From the IMG/VR virus record IMGVR_UViG_3300042691_027621, positions 1-64,000 of that record: a DNA stretch of 64,000 nt; one strand, 5' to 3'. Source of the DNA: an uncultured virus (IMG/VR IMGVR_UViG_3300042691_027621) (Duplodnaviria; Heunggongvirae; Uroviricota; Caudoviricetes). Position 1 is the stretch's first letter. Every line of letters starts with the position of its first letter. The translations under genes were made by a program, and so were the position numbers. The notes beneath the pieces were generated by a model that saw only the letters and a list, made by a program, of their open reading frames with translations, did not search any database and was not told where the DNA came from. Below are positions 37,228 to 51,500 of the stretch, piece after piece.

Positions 37228-38634
37228 ATGGCAACATATAATTTTCGCAATGTAGATAACGGTCTTTCTTATTTTGTAAGAGGACCAGCTTCTCTCACCA
37301 AAGAACAGGCAGAAAGAATTTTTAATCAACAGCAGTCAGCAGGCGCCTTGATTGCTATCCAGCCTGGGCAAGCAATCACAGCAGAATTTCAATTGTCCAA
37401 TGGTCTTACTACGGCTCAATCAGCAGTGACCAAAGATATTGCACAGTTTTCAAATGTTATTGCCAACAAGTTAGGAGAACTGCCCAAGATTGGTGTGACC
37501 GATGGAATAACTATTGCAAACTACGCCAAGCAAGCCCCGGTTGTAGAAGGTATAAAAAACATATCCAGCGTTGAAGTCACAGGGGTATTGGCACAGTGCC
37601 AAAATCTCACACAACAAAAAGCCACAGAAGCTACCAATTTGGGAGCAGGCAAGTATGCATTTACTGTTTCGCAATTGGAACGTGCAGGGTATGTCAAGCC
37701 TGGCACCACAACCACTTACATGACTTCAGGCACACGCAGTACTCTCACAGTGTTGAATATGACAGAAATTTGGTCAGGCAAAGATGGCATATCTAATCTA
37801 ACTCAGTTGTTGTCTAACTCATCGTTGCAAGATACAATTCAACAATTTTTAATGAGTTCAGGCCTGGACCAGCTGGCTGAAGTGGGCATTGATGTAGATC
37901 AGTTGCCCTCAAAAACTCAGGCTGGCCTGGCATGTCTCAGCGCCATTGATCCAGCACTAGCAGTGAACTGGGTTAAAAATACATCGGCAACCGCATCTAT
38001 TGCAGTACTTGGACGAATTGGTCCAGCGACATCGGCTGCAATTACAGCTGGAGGTTTTAAAAATTGGCAAACTCCAGATCGCATTGTCAGAGACGCAGCA
38101 TTTGCCTGTGAATTTTCTGTTACAAAAACCAACAATGCCATGCGCAACGAAACAGCAGAAGTTTTTGTGATCAACCCCGAAACTATTGTTGAGCAGCAGG
38201 TGATAAATTTTGCCTGTAATCAAATTGTGGGCAATGATAAAGTGGCAAAAATAGGCTACGGAGGCACCCTACCTCCTGCTGACTTGGTCCAGACACTGAC
38301 AGAACTTACACAGGAGCTGACCAGTATCAGCAACCAAACCACAGCGGCACTAGAGCAAAAAATCACAGTGTTTAATGCATCAGTTCGCCGTACTCAGTTA
38401 GAAACGTATCGTAAAGAACTGGTAAATCTCAATGCCAATTTTTCTTTACTGACCAACAAGGCCTTGACAGCTACACCGGTGTCTGCACAGTTTTTAGCTG
38501 ATATCGAAGTGCAACGTTTGTCTATCCAAAATTTAGTTTTAAGGATAGATCAAGTACTACAAGTGATAGCGCAGGTACTAGGTCAACGCACAATTAGAAC
38601 ACTAGGCGATATAGTCACTGGTGCTGGTGTATAA
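37228..38634 (+). CDS. Baseplate-associated protein with a possible lysozyme-like middle domain and a coiled-coil C-terminus
   Basis: Lies between gp5 and gp25; contains GAGKYAFTVSQLERAGYVKPG...WSGKDG. Confidence 0.45.
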   Translation: MATYNFRNVDNGLSYFVRGPASLTKEQAERIFNQQQSAGALIAIQPGQAITAEFQLSNGLTTAQSAVTKDIAQFSNVIANKLGELPKIGVTDGITIANYAKQAPVVEGIKNISSVEVTGVLAQCQNLTQQKATEATNLGAGKYAFTVSQLERAGYVKPGTTTTYMTSGTRSTLTVLNMTEIWSGKDGISNLTQLLSNSSLQDTIQQFLMSSGLDQLAEVGIDVDQLPSKTQAGLACLSAIDPALAVNWVKNTSATASIAVLGRIGPATSAAITAGGFKNWQTPDRIVRDAAFACEFSVTKTNNAMRNETAEVFVINPETIVEQQVINFACNQIVGNDKVAKIGYGGTLPPADLVQTLTELTQELTSISNQTTAALEQKITVFNASVRRTQLETYRKELVNLNANFSLLTNKALTATPVSAQFLADIEVQRLSIQNLVLRIDQVLQVIAQVLGQRTIRTLGDIVTGAGV

Positions 38635-38642
38635 ATATTATC

Positions 38643-39017
38643 ATGACCGTATTTGTTGGATTCAATACTATTAACCAGTTCAAAAAGTTTACACTGACAG
38701 ACTTTGATCTAATCAAGCGTGATCTACTGAACGCATTTAATATTCGCCAAGGACAACTGCCTGGACGTCCTGCATATGGCAGTTCAATCTATGATTTTGT
38801 GTTTGAGCCACAGACTCAAAAAACACAACAAGAAGTAATTCAAGAAATACAGAGAGTGGCCGGCGGCGATCCAAGAATTTATGTCAGTGACCTCAAATGC
38901 TATCCACAAGAAAATGGCCTGTTGGTAGAATTACAAATACAGGTCATTCCATCTAAAAACGCCGAACGCCTGAGCATCTTTTTTGATCAACAACAACGCA
39001 ACGCCAGCTACGTATAA
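38643..39017 (+). CDS. gp25: Baseplate wedge/sheath initiator (gp25/GPW-like)
   Basis: LIKRDLLNAFNIRQGQ..GRPAYGSSIYDFVFEP...DPRI motif; TATAAATA at 38630-38637. Confidence 0.9.
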   Translation: MTVFVGFNTINQFKKFTLTDFDLIKRDLLNAFNIRQGQLPGRPAYGSSIYDFVFEPQTQKTQQEVIQEIQRVAGGDPRIYVSDLKCYPQENGLLVELQIQVIPSKNAERLSIFFDQQQRNASYV

Positions 39018-39071
39018 CTGAGCCGTTTTTTGTCACCATAAATACTTCAAGGTGACTTAAGGTTAACAAGC

Positions 39072-42000
39072 ATGGCAAAAACCACTAGACAAACGGCAAT
39101 ATTTGGCGTAGAAGACTGGAAACAGATCTATCAAACCTATCGTGAAGCTGACTTCCAAAGCTACGATTTTGAGACTCTTCGCAAGAGTTTCATTGACTAT
39201 CTACGTTTGTATTATCCCGAAACGTTCAACGACTACATCGAAAGCAGTGAGTTTATTGCACTGTTAGACGTAATTGCGTTCATGGGGCAAAGTCTTGCAT
39301 TCCGTACTGACCTTAACACTCGCGAAAACTACCTAGACACTGCTGAACGTAGAGATTCAGTGGTACGACTTGCCAACCTTGTTAGCTACAGTCCAAAGCG
39401 TAATACTGCGGCGCAGGGCCTGCTCAAAGTTTTTAGCATGAGCACCACCGAAAATGTTGTGGACTACAACGGTGTAAATCTTAGCAATGTCACAGTTAAC
39501 TGGGCCGACCCAACCAATCCAGACTGGCAAGAGCAATTCACTGCTATTATAAATGCCAGCTTGGTAGACAGTCAACGCATAGGTCGCCCAGGCAACCGTC
39601 AGACTATACTGGGTGTGCGCACTGACGAATATGCTATTAACCTGCTGCCAGGATTTTTGCCTGTAATTCCTTACACAGCCACAGTGGATGGCGTGAGCAT
39701 GCCTTTTGAAGCAGTTACATCAACGTCTATCAATCGTGACTACATCTACGAACCAAGTCCTCAGCCCAATTCGCCATTTAATATTTTGTTCCGCAATGAT
39801 CAGCTGGGGTTTGACAGCGCCAACACAGGATATTTCTTTGCGTTCAAGCAAGGCACACTGACCAACACAGACTTTAACCTAGCTGAACGTATCAGTAACC
39901 GCACAGTAAACATCAACGTAGAAGGCGTCAACAACGAAGATCGTTGGTTGTTCCAACTTGACAACATTGGCAACATTGCTCGCGAGTGGGCCTACGTAGA
40001 AAGTGTGTACACAGCCGCTGCTGAACAACAAGTAGAACTACGTCCAATTTTTTCTACAACCAGTAGAACCAATGACCAAATTACCCTGGTTTTTGGCGAC
40101 GGTGTGTTTTCAGAAATTCCTGTGGGTATTTTCCGTTGTTATACTCGTGCTAGCAACGGTTTAGAATACATCATCAACCCAGAAGAAATGCAGGCAGTAT
40201 CACTGCCTATCAGCTACACTGACCGCAATGGCAACCTGCAGACCATAACATTTACTTGTGGAATCACTCAGCCAGTGACCAATGCACAGGCACGTGAAAC
40301 CATTGATGCTATCAAACAACGTGCCCCTGCTCGTTACTACACACAGAACCGCATGGTCAACGGCGAAGACTATAATATCTTCCCGTTCACAGCCTACAAC
40401 TCAATTATCAAGAGCAAGGCCTTGAACCGTTCAAGTATTGGTACTAGTCGCTATCTTGATCTTGTGGACAACACTGGCAAATATTCCAGTACCAACACAT
40501 TCTCCAGTGACGGAGCACTGTGGGAACAAAACATATTACCGGCCATACTGTTCTCGTGGATCAATCGCAATGACATCGCTGACTTTGTGACCAATCAGGT
40601 GCAACCACAGCTGAGTGAAGCCACCATGAAGCAGTTTTACTATGCTAATTTTCAACCTAGGCCACAGCTCAACACCGCACCTACTGCACTGAGTACCTGG
40701 AATCAAAGCACTACACTGGCCAACGAAACCACTGGCTATTTTAAAAATGCCACAGGCACACCTATTCCTGTGGGCACAAATACCACAACAAATTTCAAAT
40801 ATGTGCAGGTAGGAAGCTTGATCAAGTTTACCGCGCCCACAATCAATGAGCAGTCCTACTACTTTGACAAAAACAATCGATTGCAACCTGGTACACCCAC
40901 CCGACCTGATGAGCGACTGGACATTTGGGCCAGTCCCATGGCCATCATTGGCGACGGCTATAACAACGGACTGGGCAATTTGATCAACGGCCAAGGACCA
41001 GTTACACTCAACAATTTTGTGCCCACAGGTGCCATAGTCAGCGAAGTGATACCAGTATTTGTTACTGATTTGTCGGTGACACTGGAACAAGAAATTGGAG
41101 ATCAAATTGAACTGCTACGAAACTTTGGACTGGGCTACGACTGGCTAGGTACAATAACTGGTACTATAGGATCCTGGTATTTGATTACACAGCAAAATCT
41201 AGCTACTGATGCAGAGTTTAGTTTGACCAACGCTGGTTCTACTTCAGGTACGGGCCAAGATGCCAGCTGGTTGGTACAGTTTGAAGTTGAAAATCAAAAC
41301 TACACAGTGACATTCCGTGGCCTGGCCTATTACTTTGGTTCAGTGCTACAGACACGATTCTTCTTTTATGACAATCAACTGATCTACGACAGCCGCACAG
41401 GAACAGTGATCAAGGACTTTGTGAATGTGTTGGCTATGAACACACAGCCTGACAGTACTAGTCCGTTGCCAGGCGACGTATACATGACCATTATTGGACA
41501 ACCTGTGGAGTCAGATGGCTACGTTGACGACTTCCAGGTCCTGGTCAGCTATCGAGATTCAGACAATGATGGTGTACCTGATGATCCAGATTTCTTTAAT
41601 GAAATTGTTGCCCCCAATGTCAACGCCAACCAGAAACTGATATTTTTACAACAAACTGTGGACTTTGACAATCTACAACGTTATCTTCTAGTAGAAGAAG
41701 GTGTGGTCAACAGTGACTATGCTACCTATGATGAAATAGAGTTAGCAAAAAGCGAGTGGTCGCCGGGTCAGGTGTTCTATGCCTACAACGAAGGTACTTT
41801 CTGGTTGCTGAGTGTCAACGTAGCCGGAGTTCGCACATTGGTGCAGCAGTCAGGCTGGATTGCACGCAATGGCCGACAAGACCTCTACTTCCAGTATCGT
41901 CACAACTCTCCGTTGACAGCAAGAATAGATCCAGGTACTACCAACATTATCGATCTTTACGTGGTCACACAGGCCTACTATACAGCCTACCAAAACTGGA

Positions 42001-42515
42001 TCAGAGATACTACAAACACAGTGACAGAACCCAGTGTGCCTACCATTGATGAGTTGAGCACAGCATATCAAGGTCTGCAGGACTACAAAATGATTTCAGA
42101 CAACGTGGTTCTAAATTCAGTGGTATTCAAACCACTGTTTGGTGCCAAGGCTGCACAACAGCTACGGGCCACTATCAAAGTGATTCGTGCACAAGGATCA
42201 ACCGCCAGCACCAGCGAAATAAAAAGCTCTGTGGTAGCTGAACTCAACAAATATTTCAGTATTGATAAATGGAATTTTGGCGATACATTCTACTTCTCAG
42301 AACTGGCAGCGTATCTGCATCGTCAGCTGGGTAGTATCATTAGTTCTGTTGTGTTGGTACCATTGGATCCACAAAAGAGTTTTGGTGACTTGTATGAGAT
42401 TAGATCTGCTCCCAACGAAATTTTCGTTAATGCAGCAGACATAACTAATATAGATGTGATTGAGGCTTTAACCAGCACCAATCTCCGAACAGCTCCTGGT
42501 AGCGGGGTAATTTAA
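39072..42515 (+). CDS. gp6: Baseplate wedge subunit (gp6-like)
   Basis: YDFETLR, ENYLDTAERRDSVVRLA.LVSYSPKR, LVFGDGVFSEIP and ETIDAIKQRAPARYYTQNRMVNGEDY motifs. Confidence 0.9.
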   Translation: MAKTTRQTAIFGVEDWKQIYQTYREADFQSYDFETLRKSFIDYLRLYYPETFNDYIESSEFIALLDVIAFMGQSLAFRTDLNTRENYLDTAERRDSVVRLANLVSYSPKRNTAAQGLLKVFSMSTTENVVDYNGVNLSNVTVNWADPTNPDWQEQFTAIINASLVDSQRIGRPGNRQTILGVRTDEYAINLLPGFLPVIPYTATVDGVSMPFEAVTSTSINRDYIYEPSPQPNSPFNILFRNDQLGFDSANTGYFFAFKQGTLTNTDFNLAERISNRTVNINVEGVNNEDRWLFQLDNIGNIAREWAYVESVYTAAAEQQVELRPIFSTTSRTNDQITLVFGDGVFSEIPVGIFRCYTRASNGLEYIINPEEMQAVSLPISYTDRNGNLQTITFTCGITQPVTNAQARETIDAIKQRAPARYYTQNRMVNGEDYNIFPFTAYNSIIKSKALNRSSIGTSRYLDLVDNTGKYSSTNTFSSDGALWEQNILPAILFSWINRNDIADFVTNQVQPQLSEATMKQFYYANFQPRPQLNTAPTALSTWNQSTTLANETTGYFKNATGTPIPVGTNTTTNFKYVQVGSLIKFTAPTINEQSYYFDKNNRLQPGTPTRPDERLDIWASPMAIIGDGYNNGLGNLINGQGPVTLNNFVPTGAIVSEVIPVFVTDLSVTLEQEIGDQIELLRNFGLGYDWLGTITGTIGSWYLITQQNLATDAEFSLTNAGSTSGTGQDASWLVQFEVENQNYTVTFRGLAYYFGSVLQTRFFFYDNQLIYDSRTGTVIKDFVNVLAMNTQPDSTSPLPGDVYMTIIGQPVESDGYVDDFQVLVSYRDSDNDGVPDDPDFFNEIVAPNVNANQKLIFLQQTVDFDNLQRYLLVEEGVVNSDYATYDEIELAKSEWSPGQVFYAYNEGTFWLLSVNVAGVRTLVQQSGWIARNGRQDLYFQYRHNSPLTARIDPGTTNIIDLYVVTQAYYTAYQNWIRDTTNTVTEPSVPTIDELSTAYQGLQDYKMISDNVVLNSVVFKPLFGAKAAQQLRATIKVIRAQGSTASTSEIKSSVVAELNKYFSIDKWNFGDTFYFSELAAYLHRQLGSIISSVVLVPLDPQKSFGDLYEIRSAPNEIFVNAADITNIDVIEALTSTNLRTAPGSGVI

Positions 42516-45500
42516 TGTCAAGAATTAGAAGTGTAGATTTTTTACCTGAGATTTTTCAAACTGATGTCAACAAGCAGTTTTTTGCTGCTACTTTGGATCA
42601 GTTGATACAAGAACCTCAATTTAAGAAGACCCAGGGCTTTATTGGCCGCACAGTGGGACCTGGGGTCAACCCCAACGACCGTTATGTGATCGAGCCTAAT
42701 CGTGTTCGCGCTGACTATCAGCTAGAAGCAGGTGTGATCAGTCTTGAACCAGGCACAGGTAAAATTCAAGATGCTATTACCTATCCTGGTCTGCTGGATA
42801 GCATAGCTTATCAGACGGGTAGTCCTGGACTGACTAGTGGCATTATCTCTACCGAAGGTGGCGACAGTATTCGTCCAGACCGACTGTTCGAAAGCCAATA
42901 CTACACTTGGGACCCGTTCATTAACTGGGATACCTTTATCAACTTCAGTCAGTATTTCTGGTTGCCCAATGGCCCAGATGCTGTGACTGTGGCTGCTTCT
43001 ACTGTACCAGCTACCAACAACTTCACAGTTACTCGTTCTAACGATTATTATAACTTTTCTGGAGTACAAGGCAACGATCCTACTATTGATCTTGTGCGTG
43101 GCGGCAGCTATACTTTCCAAGTAGCTCAAAATCAAAAGCAAACCATAAACTACGGAGTAGGAAACAACGGCACCAGTGCTTATATAATAAATCTGGCAGC
43201 TAACCCCACTGTGTCTCTGGTACGGGGGAACACCTACACCTTTACATTGAGTCTAACAGGCGACTATCCGTTTTACATCAAAACATCGCCTACCACTGGT
43301 CTGACCAATATCTACAGCGATGGCGTAACCAACAATGGCGCTGTCACAGGCGTGATCACTTTTGTTGTACCACAAAATGCTCCAGACGTATTATACTATG
43401 CCGCTGCAAATCAAAGCAACATGCGTGGACAATTCAATGTCATTGACGCATCATCAGGCACTGGTTCCGGCTTCTGGATCCAAACAGCACCAGGGGTAAG
43501 CGGGCGAATTCCAGCTACACCAAACATCAGCAGTCGTGATGTACTGGGAGTGACCAACAACGGTGAAGACCTTGGCACAATCACTTTCAATGTGCCCACT
43601 AAAACTGCTCAACAATTCTATTACGGCCTACCTAACGTAGGTGGCGGTACTAGTCCTTACAATGTTGACTTAATTACAGATCTTAAATTCAATCAAATTG
43701 ATGGAATAAAAGTCACTGATTTCCTAGCTACCTATGGTGGCATCGATGGCATCACTGAACTCAATGGTCGCACATTAGTTTTTGATCAACCCATTGTGGA
43801 CGTTGACCAAGGTGGCTGGTACAGCACTTCAATGTTTGATCCATTGAGTGCAGGCAGCACCAACAATGGTCTACCTGGTAGCTTTGACAGCTTGCCTTAT
43901 GCTCTGCAAACCACAGTACCGGTGAACGAACGATATAGCGTATGGCAAATCAACTATGTAGACAACGATGGCTATGTGACTATTCAGTTGGTTAGTACTC
44001 AGTTGATTGGCAATTTAGAAAAATTTAATATTCTGTACGGTACTACATACGCCAGCACTAGTTGGTACAAAAACGATGCTGGTTTCCTGCGACAAATACC
44101 TTTGCTCAGTGCTATTCAAGATACTTTGTACTATCAAGACGGTACTAACCCAGAAATTTTTGGACGTATTCGACTAATTGAACAACCGTTGGCATCAACA
44201 CTGTTCATAGAAGAAATACTAGGCAAAAAAACTTATACCAGCCCCAATGGAATTACATTTACCAACGGACTAAAAATTATTTTACGTGGTGAAGTAGTAC
44301 CAGCCAGCTATGCTGACAAAGAATACTATGTATCAGGCGTGGGCACAGCCATTGAACTGTTGCTGGTATCAAACTTTGTTGTGCCTGAAACTTATGTAGT
44401 TGACGCCAACGACAGTACCGCTGCGGTAGAACCAGCTGAGCTTGACTACTTGACTATAAACCGTGCCAGCAAAGATCTCAATGCCTGGACACGCAGCAAT
44501 CGATGGTTCCATATTGACGTTATCAATGCCACAGCTGAATACAACAGCACCACAGCTGATATCGACAACAGCTACAGAGCCAAACGACCAATCATTGAGT
44601 TTCGTCCTGGACTGCGCCTGTTTGACATGGGCACTGAAGGCAAGCAACCCGTTGATATAATAGATTTTGAAGAAACTGATGCGTTTTCTAATATTCAAGG
44701 TGCCACAGCCTACAGTGTTGATGGTTACAATTTAGTCAACGGCAGTCGAGTTATTTTTGCTGCTGACGAAGATGCAGATGTACGAAACAAAATTTGGGTG
44801 GTAAACTTTGTTGATCCAGACTCGATACCTCCACTAATTGCACAGCCAATTATTAACCTGACCTTGGCCACCGACGGCATAGTGCTGTTTAATCAATGTA
44901 CAGTTTGCACAGAAGGTACCACACTCAAAGGACTAACTTTCTGGTATGACGGTGTTGATTGGATCCGAGCACAACAAAAACAAGGTGTTCAACAATCTCC
45001 GTTGTATGATGTTTACGATGCCAACGGTGTTAGCTTTGGCAATAGAGCTGTATACCCATCGTCTACGTTTGTAGGCAGCAAGTTGTTTAGCTATGCGGTG
45101 GGCGACACAGGAATACTAGATCCTATATTACAGTTTCCTTTGCAGTATCTCAACCTCAACAACGTTGGCGATATTGTGTTTGAAAACAACTTGTACAAAG
45201 ATACATTCTTGTATGTTCGGGACAACGTGTCTGTTACTGAACCTATCAGTGCAGGTTTTGTTCAAGAATTTTTAACCAGAACAACAAGTGTTCGAGACAT
45301 TGGATGGAAAGTGGCAGCCACTGACACCCAGATTCGACAACAGTTTAAATTTACCTACACTGGTGAGTCATTGAAGTTAGACATCAAAGTTGAGTCAACA
45401 GTGGCACCTTTACAAAATCCTGTGCCTCCAGTTAAAGTATATGTTGGTTCAGAATTCAAAGACCCGGACACATATACTGTTGTTACCACAGACAACACTA

Positions 45501-48500
45501 CCACTATTACACTAGACGAAACCTATTTTGTTGGTGATATAATTGAAGTTTTAGCTTTGAGCAATCAAAGCAGTGCAGTGGCTTTTTATCAGGTGCCTAT
45601 TAACCTTGAAAAGAACCCACTCAATGGAAACAGTGCAAGTTTTACACTGGGTACAATTCGCACACACTACGAAAGTATCTGCGAAAATTTGTTGGATCTG
45701 ACTGGATCAATCAACGGTGCCAACAACACTAGAGACCTTGGTGACATTGGCCCGTATGGCTTGATAATTCTTCAACAGAGTGCTCCGTTGACGTTGGCTG
45801 GTTACTTTAATCGCAGCAAAGAATACAATATCTTTGCCAGCCTTCAATACAACAGTCGCGAGTATACCAAGTTTAAAAACCTGCTGATGAAAGAAGTTAC
45901 TCAACTAGAGATTAACTTTCAGACCACGGCTGAACTGCTCACAGAAGCCATGGCAAATATCACCGCTGGCAGAGTAGAAACCAACCCATTCTATTGGAGC
46001 GACATGTTGCCCAGTAGTTCAGTGTTTACTCAAACAGTGTACACAGTGAGCCTGATAACGACCAACGTATTTGATACAGTACAGGTATATAATTACACTT
46101 CTGCTAACTATCTTGGCCTGCTGGTTTACAAAAACAATCAACTGTTGATTCGCGGCATTGACTATGTTGTTGCCACAGATGGTCCACGAATCACAATCAC
46201 AACAACTCTGGCAGTGGGTGATAAAATCACCGTACAAGAGTTTCCAGCTACCTACGGCAATTTTGTGCCAAACACACCAACCAAATTGGGACTATACCCA
46301 GCATGGAAACCCGGCATAGTCACAGTAGACACCACCACTGGCACAGCTCAAGTAATCGTAGGACACGACGGCAGCCAAACACCTGTGTTTGGTGACGTGC
46401 GCGACGATGTGTTGTTGGAATTTGAAAAACGTATCTACAATAACCTCAAGGTAGACGGAAATCCAGTACCACTCAGTGTGTACGATGTATTGCCTGGACA
46501 ATTCAGAGACACTGGTTATAGTTTTTCAGAGATCAATCAGATTCTAGCACAAGATTTTTTAAGCTACGTTGGTTGGAACAAACTAGACTACAACAATCAG
46601 AATTACATTGCCAGCAATGAATTTAGTTGGAATTATTCTAATGCTACCAACAAGCTCAACGGAGAAAATCTTCTAGGTGCCTGGCGCGGGATCTATCGTT
46701 ATTTCTATGACACTCAAGATCCTTCCCGCACACCATGGGAAATGCTGGGCTTTACTATTGAACCTACCTGGTGGATCTCTACCTATGGTCCAGCACCTTA
46801 TACTAATACCAACCTGGTACTGTGGGATGATTTAGAAGCTGGCCTGATACGTGATCCTGCTGGCTCGTATTTCTTGCCGCAATATGTAAGGCCTGGTCTT
46901 ACTGATGTAATTCCAGTGGACTCAGAAGGCAACTTACTGAGCCCATTTGATTGTGTTGTTCAAGACTACGATGACCAGCAATGGCAACGAAGCTGGGTAG
47001 CAGGCGACGGCGGACCAGTAGAAGCATCTTGGTGGAATTCTAGTTCTTATCCTTTTGCTGTAATGCGACTGTTAGCATTGACTCGTCCAGCTAAATTTTA
47101 CAGCCTGTTTGCTGACCGAGATCTTTACAAGTTCAACGATGCGTTTAGCCAGTATCTTTACAATCAACGTTACCGCTTGGACGCCAACGGCATTGAAGTC
47201 TACGGCGACGGCGTCAGCAAAGCCAGTTATATCAACTGGATTGTGGATTACAATCAGCAGTTGGGTCTAAATTCTACAAAACGATTACAAGACGACTTGG
47301 CCAATTTAGATGTTCGTCTGTGCTATCGCATGGCCAGTTTCAGCGACAAGCAGTATATCAAACTATACACAGAAAAATCTAGCCCCAACAGTCTCAACAG
47401 CACGTTGCAGATCCCAGACGAAAGCTACGATTTACTGTTGTACAAAAATCAACCTGTTGAGCGATTGATTTACAGTTCTGTGGTAGTCCAAATAGTCGAA
47501 GGCGGGTACGCAGTCTATGGTTATTCAACTTCTCAACCCTATTTTAACATTGCAGTAAGCCAAGGTATTGGTAGGTTACGTCCTATCACCGTTGGTGATG
47601 TCACGGTCAGAGTTCCTACACAGTACACCAATTCAGTGGCTCAGGTTCCCTATGGCTTTGTGTTCACCAACCCCACCAGTGTGTGTGATTTCTTGTTGAG
47701 TTATGGCAAATTGTTGAAAGATCAAGGGTTGACCTTTGATGATCGCGCCAACGGATTCATACTAGACTGGGATCAAATGGCTCAGGAATTTTTGTATTGG
47801 ACACAGCAAGGATGGGAAAATGATAGTCTTATCAATCTTAACCCATTGGCAGGAAAGTTGATCATCACTAAACCAGGTTTGGTTGCTGACAGTATCGTAA
47901 CGCAGACCAGCGAAAACATTTTGTTGAATCAAAACAAACGTGAACTGAATACTCGCAACTTGAACATTGTACGTTTGGGCAACACACTGAGCCTTGAGCC
48001 ATTGACAGACGAAAGTTTGAGTTTTGCTGATTTTAGATTTACCAATTTTGAACACATGATTGTGCTAAACAATCGTAGTGTGTTCGGAGACTTGATCTAT
48101 GAACCAGTAACCGGAGCTAGACAAAGTCGTCTTGACCTAGTTGCCTTTAACTCAACACAGTGGAATGGTGTTGTTGATGCCCAGGGCTTTATTCTCAATC
48201 AAGACAACGTTGAAGAATGGACTGGATTTAAGAAATACACCAAAGGCCAAATTGTCAAATACAAAGATCAGTTTTGGAGTGCGCAAACCATAGTGAACCC
48301 AAAATCAAACTTTGATTTCAATGATTGGGTCAAGAGCGATTATGAACAAATTGAGCAAGGTTTGTTGCCTAACATTGCCAACAAATCCAATCAGTTGCAA
48401 CAGACCTACAGTGTTAATTCTGCTAACTTGGAACAAGATCAGGACTTGTTGAGTTATGGTCTAATTGGATTCCGACCAAGGCAGTATATGGCTGCACTGA

Positions 48501-51500
48501 ATCTAGATGATGTCAGTCAAGTCAACATATATCAGCAGTTCCTTAAGACCAAAGGAACTATTCTATCTGCCGAATTGTTAAGTCGAGCAAACCTAGGCAA
48601 AGAAGCAGCCGACTACAATATCTATGAAAATTGGGCAGTTCAGCGTGCGGTGTACGGCGCCAACGCCAACCGTAGTTTTGTTGAACTACGCCTTAACCGA
48701 GCACTGTTGAGTAGTAATCCAAGCCTGGTACAAGTGATTGAACCACAGCAAGTAAGTCAAGCTGACCAACAAATTTTGTTGAGTGATGTTTGGAAACAAA
48801 GTTACAAACTCACCGGAACAAACTTTTTGCCTACCACCGAAGAAACCATCACTGATACTGCTTTGCCCAGTGCCGGTTATGTAAATCTTAATGATGTAGA
48901 TATTACTGCATTTTCACTGACTGATGATAGTTCTGCCATTGAGGCAGCCCTTGGTGCAGTCAAGGTTGGATCAGATCTGTGGGTAGCCAAGGTCAACACC
49001 TATGATTGGGATGTATTCCGTTGCGTACAAGTTCCTGGATATATTGATCACGTCTGTGACAATCTTGACGGAACCAGTATTGCAAGATTTACCAAGGCAC
49101 ACGGACTAGTTCCAAGTGACCAACTGATCATCAGAGAATTTGATCCGTTGGTAGACGGTGTCTACACAGTGTTAGAAACACCAGACATCAACAGTGTTGT
49201 TATTGCGTATACGTTTGTTGGATCGCAGAGCGTGATTGAAGGTGTGGGCATTGGTTTTAGCTTGCAATCAGAGCGAGTAGCACAGGCCAGTGATATAATC
49301 AATCTTCCCTACGCTAATGATATTACCACAGGCAACAAAGTCTGGGTAGACAACAACGGCAACGGTCGCTGGGCAGTACTGGAAAAACAAAATCCGTTCT
49401 CAGACATTACTGAACTTGCGCCGCAACTTTTAGATGCCACAGAAGAGTACGGAGTAGCTGTAGCCCAGGCCAAAAATAGATTGGCAGCATTGGTAGGCAG
49501 TCCACGATACGGATTTAACGTTGGTGCTGAAAAAGGCGGAGTGTATGTTTACGTTAAAAACTACGGTGATCAATACATTCCTGTCAGTCCGCTAGATCAA
49601 GGAGATGCTGTACTCACACTTGACGTTACTGGAGCCCTAGGCTACGGTAATGCGGTGGACTTTGGAAATCAAACCTGGGCTATAGCTGGCGCCAGCAAGA
49701 GTCTAGGACCCGCAGGACAAGCAGATGTAGGTTATGCTGCAATCATTTATCGTGATCCTACACTGGGAGAACCAGGAGTAAATCCATATGCACAATGGCA
49801 ACTCATTGTGCCTGAAGATTTAGATACCCTGGGAGAGTTTGGTCACAGTGTTACCGTGAGCACAGATGAGCGCTGGGCTTATGTTGGAGCACCAGGAGCC
49901 AACAAAGTCTATGCCTATGGACGTGTGGATTGGGAAGACCAATTTGTACAGGCATTGGGCAACGGAACAACCAAGACTTATCAAATTGGTAATGTTATTC
50001 AAATCAATGCCAACACACAGTTAACAGTCACACTTGACGACACTGTGCAGTTTCTCACCACTGACTATACTGTAGCCGCTGATTTCAACTCTGTAACATT
50101 TACAACTGCTCCAGCAGCAGGTGTAGTGGTCAAAATACAAAGAATCAATCGTCTTAACGTGGATGGTGGTACCTATTTCAACGTAACTCAAAGCTCTACC
50201 ACTGGTGGCGGCTCTGGAGCAACATTTACAATTGAACGAATCAGAGGCCAAGTAGGACAGCTTCCGGGAGCTCCAACTATCAAGGGTAGAGTGGGTCTAG
50301 TGGCTGGAGGTATAGGTTACGCAGCCGGCAATACTGTTAGATTTGCTCCAAGCAAATTTGGCGGAACTGGAACCAGTCCCAGCAATGATATTGTTTTAAC
50401 AATCACTGGAGTCAACGCAACCACCGGTGCTATCGAAGCATATACTATTGCGTATAGTGCTCCAATAACAAACACATTCTCATTGAATGAATATTTCTTC
50501 ACAGCAACCAACATATATTCGTTCTCAGTGTATGTTGACGGTGTGTTGCAACGCCCACAGATTGATTACACATTTGGAGAAGATTCAACCTACGACCTTA
50601 CTTTGACTTCCAGCAGTTCTGGCTACAATGTTTATGGAACTGTAATTGAAGTACAAGCACAAAGTTACTTTGATTATGTTTACACGTTGACTGTTGCTGG
50701 ACTTGACGCTGGTGCAAGATTTGGTCACAGTGTGGCCACATCCACTGACGGTCGTCAAGTACTAGTCGGAACTCCTGACCGCACTGTTAGTGGCAAAGTA
50801 GAAGCCGGTAGTGTCTATGTATTTGATCGTAACGTGCAAAGATTTATCTACGGAACCGATCCAAGCTCAGTTGCATTTACAGTACTCGGAACAGTGACAG
50901 AACCAGTGAGTGTTATTGTAAACAATCAATTTTTGGTCAACGAAGCCAACGATGTTCTCAATGGCACCAATACCTTTACTGTGGCAGGGAATCTTGTGAC
51001 AGTAAACACTGATTTGGCAGTTGGCGACACAGTTGAAATAGAAACCAACCAATTTAGATTGATGCAGGCTATCACACAAAATACTGTTGCAGAATTTTCT
51101 AATTTTGGACAAGCGGTAGACCTTTGTGCTTACAATTGCAGCTTGTATGTTGGAGCACCACAAGATAGTACCGCCACCTGGAAAGCAGGTGCAGTGCAAC
51201 GCAGTGTAAATCAAAGTCGCAGCTATGGTACAATCACTGCCACAGTGGCCAACCCAAGTATCACAGTCGGCGACACACTGAGAGTCAACAACATTGACGT
51301 TGCAGTACCGTCAGCTGGCACACTGACCAGTTTTGCTTCGGCTATCAATGCTGATGTTCCCAATGTGATTGCAACTGTCAACAACGGTTTGTTGACTTTG
51401 AAAGTAAAAAATGCTGCCGCAGCCTCGCCTACAGACCTACTACAAGTTGCACCGGGCTCAGTTGGCACTGCATTTAATGCGTTTGGATTCCAGACGTTTA